Shown here: positions 29,701 to 39,284 of the stretch, piece by piece
Layout of the letters: each line of letters begins with the position of its first letter
Numbering within the stretch: position 1 is the first letter of the stretch
From: Bacteroidales bacterium UBA3388
GTDB taxonomy: Bacteria > Bacteroidota > Bacteroidia > Bacteroidales > P3
Reading direction: 5' to 3'
Assembly: GCA_002358855.1 (NCBI GenBank)
Contig: DEPQ01000067.1
Location: 1,106-65,105, forward strand
DNA length: 64,000 nt
Notes under the pieces: generated by a model
Seen by the model: only the letters and a program-made list of their open reading frames with translations
Database searches by the model: none
Told to the model about the DNA's origin: nothing
Position numbers and translations under genes: made by a program

Positions 29701-31252
29701 CCATTTCGCAATTTAAATTGATTATTGCAGCTTGATCAAAAATGTCGCATTGAGCATTAACAATACCTTCGCTCATTTCTCCTTCTATTTCAATGGAGTT
29801 GTATCTGTTGCCGTTAATGTTAAAGTTTTGTAAATTGGCTAAAAGATTGCACTCCATATTTTTTAATTCGCCAACTTTCGCTTTTGCATCTACGTTTAGT
29901 GCTCCGTCTCCTAATATTTCAACTCCTAAGAATTTTCCAATATTGAATTGATTTGAATTAATTTTTGCTTGATAGGTTATGTTGTCTTGTGGATTTTCAC
30001 GAGTAGATTTACCTGTTAAATCAACAACTCCAATAGCTGTGGAAATTTTTGCATTCGCTTCAAAATTATGTAAAAGTCCCTTGAAGTCAGCAGTCATAGA
30101 TATTTCTCCTAAGCTATTCAATAATTCTGGGAGTTTTACATCTGAAAGCATTTCTCCAAATTGTATTTGATTAAAGTCTTGTGAAGAACTTTTTAATTCG
30201 GATAATTCTACATCAAAAACGGTTTCTTCAATATTTGGTAAGCCTTTGACGCTTCCTTTTCCTTTTATATATGTATCGCCAGTCTTTATTTCAAGAAAAG
30301 AACACTTGGCATCGGCAACTGTTCCTTTGATTATAGCTCCAATTTCGCACTTTTGATCAAATCCTTTTAACATAGGAGCCCAATAGGTTGCATCTTTCAT
30401 TCCTACTTTACTGCCTCTTTGTAGGAAAAGAAAGCAATCTGCTGAGTCTATAAAGTAAGAATATGTTTTCCAACTATCTGTTTTTATGCTAGCATAAAGT
30501 CTTAAATCGGATTCTTCGGTTTCAACTCGCATACTTCTGCAAATAATTCCCTTTGGACTAACAGTAAATTTTCCTTTTAGGTTTTTTAGTGTAACGCCTG
30601 AGCGTTCTTTGGCGGAAAAACGTTTGATGTTTACGTTTATTGAGTCGTTTATTACAACAATATCATCAAACACTCCGTTGATTTGGTTATATTGCATGTG
30701 ATTTACTGCAACGCCAAATTCAGGTATTGGACTTGGGCTATCGTTTAGGTTAAGAGAAAAATTAACATTATTTAATTTACACCTATCTACTTTAATTACG
30801 TATGGGGCTTTTTCTTTTTCTTCTTTTGGTTTATCACTTTTGAAATAATCTATTATAAAGGAAAGGTTGAGTTTGTGATTTTCTATCGTTAGATCGTAAT
30901 TAACATCATCAAGTCTTACGTATGAAAATTCTAATCCTTTGATAAATTCAAAATTTTTAAGACTTGCTTCTAAATATCCAACTGTCGCAATTGTGTCTTT
31001 TTGAGGGTTTTCAAGATATACGTCTTTTAATCCAACGGTTAGTAGAGGGCGTATTTCCAAACCTCCAATAGATACTTTGGCTTTCCATTCTTTTGAAAAA
31101 TAATCAGAAACTTTTGCTGCTAAAAAGGATTGTACTATTGTACTATTAAGAATTGCAATTAAAAGATAAAGGAATATAAAAATGCCTAAAAGTGTTTTTC
31201 CTAACACTTTTAGAGTGCAAAGAGTGATTCTTTTTGTTTTATTATTTTTCAT
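26780..31252 (-). CDS. tamB: Translocation and assembly module TamB-like (AsmA-family) giant envelope protein
   Basis: 1490 aa. Single N-terminal TM anchor (LLGIFIFLYLLIAILN), long beta-rich body, C-terminal DUF490-like region. Confidence 0.75.
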   Translation of the reverse strand: MKNNKTKRITLCTLKVLGKTLLGIFIFLYLLIAILNSTIVQSFLAAKVSDYFSKEWKAKVSIGGLEIRPLLTVGLKDVYLENPQKDTIATVGYLEASLKNFEFIKGLEFSYVRLDDVNYDLTIENHKLNLSFIIDYFKSDKPKEEKEKAPYVIKVDRCKLNNVNFSLNLNDSPSPIPEFGVAVNHMQYNQINGVFDDIVVINDSINVNIKRFSAKERSGVTLKNLKGKFTVSPKGIICRSMRVETEESDLRLYASIKTDSWKTYSYFIDSADCFLFLQRGSKVGMKDATYWAPMLKGFDQKCEIGAIIKGTVADAKCSFLEIKTGDTYIKGKGSVKGLPNIEETVFDVELSELKSSSQDFNQIQFGEMLSDVKLPELLNSLGEISMTADFKGLLHNFEANAKISTAIGVVDLTGKSTRENPQDNITYQAKINSNQFNIGKFLGVEILGDGALNVDAKAKVGELKNMECNLLANLQNFNINGNRYNSIEIEGEMSEGIVNAQCDIFDQAAIINLNCEMDLLNNFSTILRGDLNEVNLQKMNFFNFPDTTAVISTDIVARANGFNLDSLRAFIDFRNAIISTQSKNYDIDYLNIRTRNDSIANILTLNSNIFSLVAEGKYTIESLVEYINGFVATYIPDFSLLSPKPTQTHSTQTNIIPFNTNNNINLKVELKNLDMITDLFALNMNVAPQTLLTANINPQQDLILDLKSDYFIYDTYIFQNISLNSNANNGLFDNHLKVSNIKLGDSLNISANDLNISHNNGEILLNLQAGMSEKDELSAVLDFKGFLTPNGLQGYFNNSYINIAKSTVKLNDNHTISYFDNALSLLNFSLKQNKGSITLNGNISDKPNNKLDVIFKDLDISTFNPILNSFGLNLKGQINQKVVLRNILSNFNLTSNLVIDDLFVNGINLGKASFNINNALTKEVFATNIKMQYKSQDKKAIVPLSIKGFINTKSKDNNLDLKLSMDNLNLKIIEPYLASLSSDIGGTLYTKDLKIKGPFTQPNISGVLETKNAHLKIDILNITYDFNDKIYLNDNIFSLNNFILLDKQKNKIILNGDITHYNFTDFKLNINAVADKLKILDTDEYSDQMYYGTAFASATADVRGDLNHLDIDVAARTERGTVLTVPVSSKTSATQNSFIKFVTIQDTTNVSLEEKIKQEETQGLTYDISVDLNVTPDAQLILPMDFNQLKGDLSAKGNGDLKIILDSQGELSLIGGIEIDNGQFKMSVMDMMAKTFEIEQGGTLTWTGEPAGGNLDVQAVYKTKASLMPILGSEYSKAVDVHSIIKLTGSMMNPQPKFDIRLPNTDDNTVERLFMNIDRNDEKAMLEQTVSLLFLHQFYSAEGNYENTVMETGISSAFEAAFGQISGMLTDVIKVVDVNMNYSRGTETTSDQFDLNLSRDYGRLVVNVNSSFGTGDNVSTATQETNAIIGDAYVEYKMTDAFRVRVFNRSNANDFTKYNISPFTQGIGLFYRKQFDSFNEIFHRKKKEKS

Positions 31253-31268
31253 TTAAAAAACTTCGTTG

Positions 31269-31276
31269 CAAATATA
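31269..31276 (-). promoter_or_regulatory. -7 box (TATATTTG) for tamB-like gene
   Basis: Reverse complement of CAAATATA. 16 nt upstream of the start at 31252. Confidence 0.45.
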
Positions 31277-31289
31277 CATCTTTTTTTAC

Positions 31290-31297
31290 TACCTTTG
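31290..31297 (+). promoter_or_regulatory. -7 box (TACCTTTG) for tsaD
   Basis: TAnnTTTG followed by CA. 18 nt upstream of the ATG at 31316. Back-to-back with the tamB box. Confidence 0.5.
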
Positions 31298-31315
31298 CAA
31301 TATAAAAATAATATT

Positions 31316-32320
31316 ATGAAATATATTTTAGCAATAGAGTCTTCTTGCGATGATACTTCGTGTGCAATTATTGATAGTAACTTTTGTGTTTTATCAAACG
31401 TTATTGCTTCGCAAGAAGTTCATAAATCATACGGTGGAGTTGTACCAGAGCTTGCTTCAAGAGCTCATCAACAAAATATTATTCCTGTTGTGGATAAGGC
31501 TTTGAAGGATGCAAAAATCTCAAAGAAAGAATTATCAGCAGTAGCCTTTACAAGAGGTCCAGGACTTATGGGATCGCTTTTAGTAGGAGTGAGTTTTGCA
31601 AAAAGTTTTGCAAGAGCGTTAAATATTCCTCTTATAGATGTTAATCATTTAGAGGCTCATGTTTTGGCTCATTTTATAAAAGATACGCCTGAACAAAAGG
31701 TTCCGCAGTTTCCTTTTTTATGTTTGCTTGTTTCTGGTGGAAATACTCAAATTATTTTGCTTGAAAGTCCAAGAAAAATGAAAGTAATAGGACAGACAAT
31801 TGACGATGCGGCAGGAGAAACGATAGATAAAGCAGCAAAAATTCTTTCTTTACCATATCCAGGAGGACCACATATTGATAGATTAGCAAAGGAGGGAAAG
31901 CCTGTTTTGGCATTTTCTCAAAGTAATATAAAGGATTATGATTATAGTTTCTCTGGTTTGAAGACGAGTATCCTTTATACGCTTAGAGATAAGTTGAAAG
32001 AAAATCCAAATTACATAGAAGAAAATATTAAAGATATTGCATGTTCGGTTCAAAAGGCGGTTGTGGATTCTCTTCTTAAAAAATTTGAAAAGGCAATTAA
32101 GGATTTAAAAATAAAAACTATCGCTGTAGCAGGAGGAGTGAGTGCAAATTCAGAATTAAGAGCGAGATTACAACAATTAGGTGATAAGTATGGTTGTGAA
32201 GTCTTTATTCCAAAATTTTCTTATACCACAGACAATGCAGCAATGGTTGCAGTAGCAGGATTATTCAAATATATGGATAATGATTTTGCTGATTTATCTT
32301 TAACAGCTTACGCAAGATAA
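31316..32320 (+). CDS. tsaD: tRNA N6-adenosine threonylcarbamoyltransferase TsaD
   Basis: ILAIESSCDDTS and VNHLEAHV metal-binding motifs. ATG at 31316 is chosen because the track start (TTG at 31295) lies inside the TACCTTTG promoter box. Confidence 0.95.
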   Translation: MKYILAIESSCDDTSCAIIDSNFCVLSNVIASQEVHKSYGGVVPELASRAHQQNIIPVVDKALKDAKISKKELSAVAFTRGPGLMGSLLVGVSFAKSFARALNIPLIDVNHLEAHVLAHFIKDTPEQKVPQFPFLCLLVSGGNTQIILLESPRKMKVIGQTIDDAAGETIDKAAKILSLPYPGGPHIDRLAKEGKPVLAFSQSNIKDYDYSFSGLKTSILYTLRDKLKENPNYIEENIKDIACSVQKAVVDSLLKKFEKAIKDLKIKTIAVAGGVSANSELRARLQQLGDKYGCEVFIPKFSYTTDNAAMVAVAGLFKYMDNDFADLSLTAYAR

Positions 32321-32325
32321 AAGTT

Positions 32326-32823
32326 ATGAGGCTTTTTATTGTAGGTTATATGCTGAGTGGTAAAAGTACTTTCGGCAAAAAATTAGCAAAACTTTTGAAT
32401 TATACCTTTGTTGATACTGATAAATATATAGAAAACCTATATAAATTGAGTGTAGAGGATATATTTAATAAATATGGTGAAAAAGTATTTAGGGTTTTAG
32501 AGAAAAAAATTATAGAAGACTTGAAACAAATGGATAATATTGTGGTTTCAACAGGTGGAGGCTTCGTTTGTTTTAATGATAATATGAAATGGATAAAAGA
32601 AAATGGTGTTTCTATCTATCTAAAACTCACACCGGAAGCAATAATTTCAAGACATAAAGTTGCTAAACGCCCACGCCCTTTACTACAAAATAAAAATGAT
32701 GAAGAATTGCTTGAATTTATCAGACAAACTCTTAGAGAAAGGGAGTTTTATTACCAACAATCTGATTTTATATTTGATGCTTTGAGTCTAAAACCCGAAG
32801 AAATAATCAAAATAATTTTATAA
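32326..32823 (+). CDS. aroK: Shikimate kinase
   Basis: P-loop GYMLSGKST and STGGG motif. 165 aa. Confidence 0.9.
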   Translation: MRLFIVGYMLSGKSTFGKKLAKLLNYTFVDTDKYIENLYKLSVEDIFNKYGEKVFRVLEKKIIEDLKQMDNIVVSTGGGFVCFNDNMKWIKENGVSIYLKLTPEAIISRHKVAKRPRPLLQNKNDEELLEFIRQTLREREFYYQQSDFIFDALSLKPEEIIKIIL

Positions 32824-32839
32824 AGAGATTTTTTTTCTT

Positions 32840-32847
32840 TACTTTTG
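32840..32847 (+). promoter_or_regulatory. -7 box (TACTTTTG) for pyrG
   Basis: TAnnTTTG followed by CA. 38 nt upstream of the ATG at 32886. Confidence 0.5.
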
Positions 32848-32876
32848 CAGTTTATTATTTAGAATTAACAAAATAA

Positions 32877-34496
<1,620 letters not shown>

Positions 34497-34498
34497 AA

Positions 34499-34561
34499 CA
34501 AAGAAATAATTTATTAAAACAAAGAAATAAAAAAATAAAACAAAGACTTATTTCTATAAAA
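34499..34561 (+). repeat. 21-bp phased CAAAGAAA array (3 units) between convergent gene ends
   Basis: CAAAG at 34499, 34520 and 34541. Units: CAAAGAAATAATTTATTAAAA / CAAAGAAATAAAAAAATAAAA / CAAAGACTTATTTCTATAAAA. Confidence 0.9.
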
Positions 34562-35780
34562 CTAAGAGTAACGATACTGATACTACAAAAGTCAGTATCG
34601 TTATTATTATTCCCGATTTGAAAAACTCCCAAAAACCAATTTTTACGCCGAAATTATCAGCCGATTCAATGACAATGATATTTGCCATTGCACCTATGAT
34701 TGTTGCATTACCAGCTAAGGTTGATGCAGCAGCCAATGCGAGCCATAAAGTCTCACTATCCACAACGTTCATCAAAGGTAACATCAGCACAGTATAGGGA
34801 ACATTACTTAAAACTTGACTTAAAACCAAGCTAATTGAGTGAATGGAAATCAAACCTGCGAAATTTTCTTCTAAACCAATATTTAAAATTCCATCTAATA
34901 AGCCTACCTTTTGTACAGCACCGACAACGATAAACAAAGAGGCGAAAAACAAAAGCAAAACCCAATCTACATCTTTTATAAGCTTTTCTGGTTTATGTTT
35001 TCCAAAGAGAATGATAAGGCTTGCACCCGCAAGAGCAATTACAGCAATAGATAAACCGAGCAATTTGCCAAAAAAGAAAGCTAAAACCACCAAAACAAAA
35101 ACAATTATTGAAGAATACATATCTCTAACATTGTATTTGTCCGAGGCAACATAACTTAATTTTGATTTATCCCTAAATTCCTTTCTGTAAATAAGTCTTA
35201 CAACAAAAATACAAAGCACTAAACCAACCAAAGATATAGGAAAAAGTTTCAAAAGGAAATCTACATAACTTATTCCACTGTTTAGTCCAATCAACATATT
35301 TTGTGGATTACCCGTAATTGTCATTACACTACCAATATTAGAAGAAAGGATTTCTGCAATCAAGTAAGGCAAAGGATTTATCTTCACTCTTTGACATATA
35401 CTAATAATAATAGGGGTGAAAATCAAAACAACAGCATCGTTTACAAGGAAAGCCGAAGCAATTCCTGTGATAAAAACTACTCCAATCAAGAGTTTTAGTC
35501 GTGAATTAGCGAATTGCAGAGTTTTTTCGGTAATCAAACCAAAAAAACCATCAAATTTCAAAGCTGCAACCACAATCATCATACCCAAAAGCAAGAAAAT
35601 AGTATTGAAATCAATAAAACTCACCGCTTCCTCAAAACTTACAACAGAAAAAGCAAGCATTGCCACAGCTCCAATAAAGGCTGCCGAAGGTCTATCAATA
35701 TTTACCTTTGGCAGACGAGTAAAAATAATACCTATATAAGTAATTACAAAAATAATAAGTGCGATTGTCTCAATATTCAT
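34554..35780 (-). CDS. ArsB/NhaD (SLC13/CitMHS-like) family anion permease
   Basis: ITGNPQNMLIG motif and polytopic membrane topology. Start moved to the ATG at 35780 (MNIETIALII), 16 nt downstream of a TAATTTTG box. The longer track ORF would overlap dnaX. Confidence 0.8.
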   Translation of the reverse strand: MNIETIALIIFVITYIGIIFTRLPKVNIDRPSAAFIGAVAMLAFSVVSFEEAVSFIDFNTIFLLLGMMIVVAALKFDGFFGLITEKTLQFANSRLKLLIGVVFITGIASAFLVNDAVVLIFTPIIISICQRVKINPLPYLIAEILSSNIGSVMTITGNPQNMLIGLNSGISYVDFLLKLFPISLVGLVLCIFVVRLIYRKEFRDKSKLSYVASDKYNVRDMYSSIIVFVLVVLAFFFGKLLGLSIAVIALAGASLIILFGKHKPEKLIKDVDWVLLLFFASLFIVVGAVQKVGLLDGILNIGLEENFAGLISIHSISLVLSQVLSNVPYTVLMLPLMNVVDSETLWLALAAASTLAGNATIIGAMANIIVIESADNFGVKIGFWEFFKSGIIITILTFVVSVSLLLVL

Positions 35781-35795
35781 ATTAAAAAATTTTCG

Positions 35796-35803
35796 CAAAA
35801 TTA
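35796..35803 (-). promoter_or_regulatory. -7 box (TAATTTTG) for the ArsB/NhaD permease gene
   Basis: Reverse complement of CAAAATTA. 15 nt upstream of the start at 35780. Confidence 0.45.
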
Positions 35804-35834
35804 CAGCTTTTTTGTTTGTTTTAAAAAAAAATAG

Positions 35835-35842
35835 TAATTTTG
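35835..35842 (+). promoter_or_regulatory. -7 box (TAATTTTG) for dnaX
   Basis: 22 nt upstream of the ATG at 35865. Confidence 0.45.
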
Positions 35843-35864
35843 AAAACTCAATTAGGTGATAAAT

Positions 35865-37028
35865 ATGAATAATTTTGTAGTATCTGCAAGAAAATATAGA
35901 CCAAGCGACTTTCATTCTGTCGTAGGTCAAAGTCATATAACAACAACACTTCAAAATGCTATAAAGAATAACCAATTAGCACAAGCCTTTCTTTTTTGTG
36001 GACCACGCGGAGTTGGAAAAACAACTTGTGCTCGTATACTTGCAAAAACTATTAACTGCACAAACCTAACTGAACAATACGAAGCCTGCAACGAATGTGA
36101 GAGTTGCAAATCATTTAACTCATCTGCATCATTTAATATAGTAGAATTAGACGCTGCTTCAAACAATTCGGTAGATGATATAAGAAATCTTACAGATCAA
36201 GTAAAGATTCCTCCACAAAATGGTAAATATAAAGTATATATAATTGATGAGGTACATATGTTAAGCACCTCTGCGTTCAACGCATTCTTAAAAACACTCG
36301 AAGAACCACCTGCTTACGCAAAATTTATCTTGGCAACAACTGAAAAACACAAAATTCCAGCAACAATAATCTCTCGTTGTCAGATTTTTGACTTTAAAAG
36401 AATTAACACAGACGATATTGCAAAACATTTAGAGTATATTGCTCAAAAAGAAAACATTACCTACGATATAGAAGCCTTACACCTAATCGCACAAAAAGCA
36501 GACGGAGGACTAAGAGACGCCTTATCAATGTTTGATCAACTTGTTTCTTTTACATCAGCCAATCTTTCTTACAAAAATATCATAGATAACCTTAATATAT
36601 TAGACTATGATTATTATTTTAAACTAACAGATTATTTCTTAAATGGCAGATTAACCGAAAGCCTGCTTCTTTTTGACACAGTATTAAAGCAAGGTTTTGA
36701 AGGCAGTAGCTTTATTAACGGGTTGTCTGCACACTTGCGTAACTTATTAGTATGTAAAGACGCACAATCTGTTCAACTCTTAGAGGCAAGTCCAAGTTTG
36801 CAATCAAGATACCTTGCACAAGCTTCACAATCTCCGCAAAATTTCATACTCAAAGCCTTAGATTACGCAAATAGTTGTGCATTAGAATACAAAGAATCCT
36901 ATAATAAAAGGTTATGTGTTGAACTTTGTTTGATGAAACTCTCCTATATCACAAATAAAGTAAATACAAATTCTCAACAAACAGCAATTCAAGTTGAGGA
37001 TATTAAAAAAAAAATGACCAACCAATAG
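35865..37028 (+). CDS. dnaX: DNA polymerase III subunit gamma/tau, zero-frame product (clamp-loader core; gamma-like)
   Basis: Walker A CGPRGVGKTTCA, zinc module CNECESC, Walker B IIDEVHMLS, sensor SRCQIFDF. The frame ends at TAG 37026-37028, 12 nt after an A10 run. Confidence 0.9.
   Translation: MNNFVVSARKYRPSDFHSVVGQSHITTTLQNAIKNNQLAQAFLFCGPRGVGKTTCARILAKTINCTNLTEQYEACNECESCKSFNSSASFNIVELDAASNNSVDDIRNLTDQVKIPPQNGKYKVYIIDEVHMLSTSAFNAFLKTLEEPPAYAKFILATTEKHKIPATIISRCQIFDFKRINTDDIAKHLEYIAQKENITYDIEALHLIAQKADGGLRDALSMFDQLVSFTSANLSYKNIIDNLNILDYDYYFKLTDYFLNGRLTESLLLFDTVLKQGFEGSSFINGLSAHLRNLLVCKDAQSVQLLEASPSLQSRYLAQASQSPQNFILKALDYANSCALEYKESYNKRLCVELCLMKLSYITNKVNTNSQQTAIQVEDIKKKMTNQ
37005..37014 (+). 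other. A10 homopolymer inside dnaX: candidate -1 frameshift / transcriptional slippage site, or an assembly indel
   Basis: Ten consecutive A read as AAA AAA AAA A in frame 0. The -1 frame is closed by TAA at 37004-37006 and open from 37007 to 37525. Confidence 0.6.
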
Positions 37029-37528
37029 AAAAACCTAAGGTAGAAACCAATTTAAATGTATATAGTCCCTATTCAATCAAGGCAAACATAGGACTGATAG
37101 AAAAATTCAAACAACAAAACGCCTTAGAAGATCAAAAACAAAAAGAATACAATGTAACCTCGTTTTTAGAGGCTATAAAAATCTATGCAGAAGAATTAAA
37201 AAATTTGGATTCCACCGCATTTCCCGATGCTCACAATCTTTCTTTTATTTTAAATACAGCAGAATTTGCTGTAAAAAGTGATGAATGGGTAGATATTATT
37301 TTATTAAATCATCAAGAAGAAAAAATATTACTTAGCAACAAACAAGCAATTTTGTCGTTTATAGAGAATAGAACACAATGTAAGAAAATAAACTTGAATG
37401 TCAAAGTAAAAGAATACGAACACAAACCAAAACTTTACGAACCGCGAGAAGTATTCAACTATATGAAAGAAAAAAATCCGAATTTAGCAGAATTGGTAAA
37501 AGTTTTGGGCGGAGAAATAAGCTATTAA
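37007..37528 (+). CDS. dnaX: dnaX -1-frame continuation (putative tau-specific C-terminal region; includes track ORF 37205..37528)
   Basis: I translated the -1 frame by hand and found no stop from 37007 to TAA at 37526-37528 (171 codons from 37013). There is no promoter box or credible ATG for an independent gene; the track ORF starts at a TTG. Confidence 0.6.
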   Translation, partial: KKNDQPIEKPKVETNLNVYSPYSIKANIGLIEKFKQQNALEDQKQKEYNVTSFLEAIKIYAEELKNLDSTAFPDAHNLSFILNTAEFAVKSDEWVDIILLNHQEEKILLSNKQAILSFIENRTQCKKINLNVKVKEYEHKPKLYEPREVFNYMKEKNPNLAELVKVLGGEISY

Positions 37529-37546
37529 TATAAAAACAAATAAACT

Positions 37547-38821
37547 ATGGGTGCAACTTTAATATTTTTAGGGATTTTGGTGTTTTCAGCCCACCTTTTT
37601 GCAATGATTTTTAGTAAGAAAAAAATTCCAGACGTATTATTGTTGTTAGGAATAGGCGTTTTGATTGGCCCAGTTTTGAAATTAGTTTCTCCCTCAGACT
37701 TTGGAGCAGTTGGAGGCGTGTTTACAAGCATCACTTTGATAGTAATACTTTTTGAAGGTGGCACAGGAATAAGCATAAACGACCTTAAAAGCTCTTGGAA
37801 ATCAACAGCTATGCTTGCTTTTACAGGATTTGTCGTATCGGCCTTTGTAGTTGCAGGAGTATGTATGAGTTTTGGAATGAGTTTTCTTGATAGCATAACA
37901 CTTGGAGCAATACTTGGAGGTACTTCCTCAGCAGTTGTAATTCCACTTGCACAACATCTTCAATTATCTAATACAACAAAGACCTCTTTAATCCTCGAAT
38001 CTGCAATTACAGATGTGCTTTGTATCGTTTTTGCTTTGGCTTTTATAGACGCAGCACGAATGGGAGCAAATCTTAACGTAGGAAAAATTGCAGGAAACGT
38101 CATTGCATCATTCGTTTTAGCGACTGTACTTGGTTTTGTATCGGCTATGATTTGGGCTTCATTGCTTCAAAAAATCCGTTCTTTAAGAAATTCAATGTTT
38201 CTAACGCCTGCATATCTTTTTATAATCTATGGCTTAGCAGAAGTATTAGGATATAGCGGTGCGATAGCCTCTTTGGCCTTTGGAATCACGATTGCAAATA
38301 TGGAATACTTCAATTTTAAATTTTTAGAGAAGTATCAAAAAGACAAAAACTTAAAACTAAATGACAGTGAAACATCTTTCGTAGGCGAAATAAGTTTTGT
38401 GTTAAAAACATTCTTTTTTGTCTATATCGGAATAAGCATTCCTTTCTCAGATTCAAAGTCTATTCTTATCGGAGGACTGATTACTATCGGATTGTTATTG
38501 AGTAGAATTATAATTGCAAAATATTGCTCACCAAAAGGAGCAAATGTTTTTGATAAAAGCACAATAGGGCTAATGATACCAAAAGGATTAGCAGCCGCAG
38601 TCTTAGCATCTGTTCCCGAACAATTAGGAATGCCATCAGGAAGCGAAATAAAATACATTACTTTCTCGGTAGTATTATTTTCAATCTTGATTTGCTCAAT
38701 AATGATTCTACTCATAGAAAAACAACCTAAGATGAACGTATTTTTTAGATTTGTTTTTCGTTCTCATTTCAAAAGAAAGCCTAAGGATTCTAAACCATTG
38801 GAAACCAATCTGGAAGAATAA
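37547..38821 (+). CDS. Cation:proton antiporter (Na+/H+ exchanger family)
   Basis: About 12 TM helices with CPA-type segments (LLLGIGVLIGP, ILFEGGTGI, ITDVLCIVFALAF). Confidence 0.85.
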   Translation: MGATLIFLGILVFSAHLFAMIFSKKKIPDVLLLLGIGVLIGPVLKLVSPSDFGAVGGVFTSITLIVILFEGGTGISINDLKSSWKSTAMLAFTGFVVSAFVVAGVCMSFGMSFLDSITLGAILGGTSSAVVIPLAQHLQLSNTTKTSLILESAITDVLCIVFALAFIDAARMGANLNVGKIAGNVIASFVLATVLGFVSAMIWASLLQKIRSLRNSMFLTPAYLFIIYGLAEVLGYSGAIASLAFGITIANMEYFNFKFLEKYQKDKNLKLNDSETSFVGEISFVLKTFFFVYIGISIPFSDSKSILIGGLITIGLLLSRIIIAKYCSPKGANVFDKSTIGLMIPKGLAAAVLASVPEQLGMPSGSEIKYITFSVVLFSILICSIMILLIEKQPKMNVFFRFVFRSHFKRKPKDSKPLETNLEE

Positions 38822-38832
38822 GTCAAAAAAAT

Positions 38833-38916
38833 CAAAGAAAAATTGAGAAAAAACAAAGAAAAAATTAAAAAAATCAAAGAAAAAAAATAAAAAATCAAAG
38901 GATAATTCGGTTGAAA
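38833..38916 (+). repeat. 21-bp phased CAAAGAAA array (4 units) abutting the fcl remnant
   Basis: CAAAG at 38833, 38854, 38875 and 38896, all exactly 21 bp apart. Confidence 0.9.
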
Positions 38917-39284
38917 TAGAGCTTTGGGGTAGTGGAAAGCCGTTAAGAGAATTTCTTTGGAGTGAAGATATGGCTGATGCTTGTGTTTTCTTGATGGAAA
39001 AGGTGGATTTTAAAGATACTTATTCAAAAACAGATAAAGAAATAAAGAATTGCCATATTAATATAGGAACTCAAACTGAAATTAGTATAAAAGATTTGTT
39101 TGCAATGGTTTGTGAAACTGTTGGATATTCGTTAGAGATTGTTTATAACAGTGAAAAACCCGATGGAACAATGAGAAAACTTACCGATTGCACGAAATTG
39201 CATTCTCTTGGCTGGAAACACAAAATAGAGTTGTCGCAAGGTGTGCAACAACTCTATGAATGGTATTTAGAAAGTCTTAAATAG
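38907..39284 (+). pseudogene. fcl: 3' remnant of GDP-L-fucose synthase (fcl/wcaG); about the last 120 codons only
   Basis: VEIELWGSGKPLREFLWSEDMADACVFLMEK...NIGTQTEISIKDL...YNSEKPDGTMRKLTDCTKLHSLGWKHKIEL is colinear with the C-terminal third of Fcl. The Rossmann N-terminal two thirds are absent. The frame is closed by TAA at 38889. Confidence 0.8.

Noticed and set aside
34843-35975. Plus-strand ORFs (65-107 aa) inside the permease gene, and the 65-codon N-terminal extension of the permease ORF that overlaps dnaX.
   Set aside because: The internal ORFs are K/T/I-rich antisense translations of a hydrophobic membrane gene. The extension has no hydrophobic or conserved character, overruns the gene's own promoter box and collides with dnaX.
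36996-37000. GAGGA about 5 nt upstream of the dnaX A-run as a Shine-Dalgarno-like frameshift stimulator, as in E. coli dnaX.
   Set aside because: Genes in this window show no Shine-Dalgarno usage, and Bacteroidota initiation is generally SD-independent. The spacing also differs from the E. coli case, so a 5-nt match is not evidence. I also found no convincing downstream stem-loop.
37525-37896. 123-aa minus-strand ORF overlapping the start of the cation:proton antiporter gene.
   Set aside because: It is antisense to a well-supported membrane gene and has no start context, promoter box or recognisable motif.
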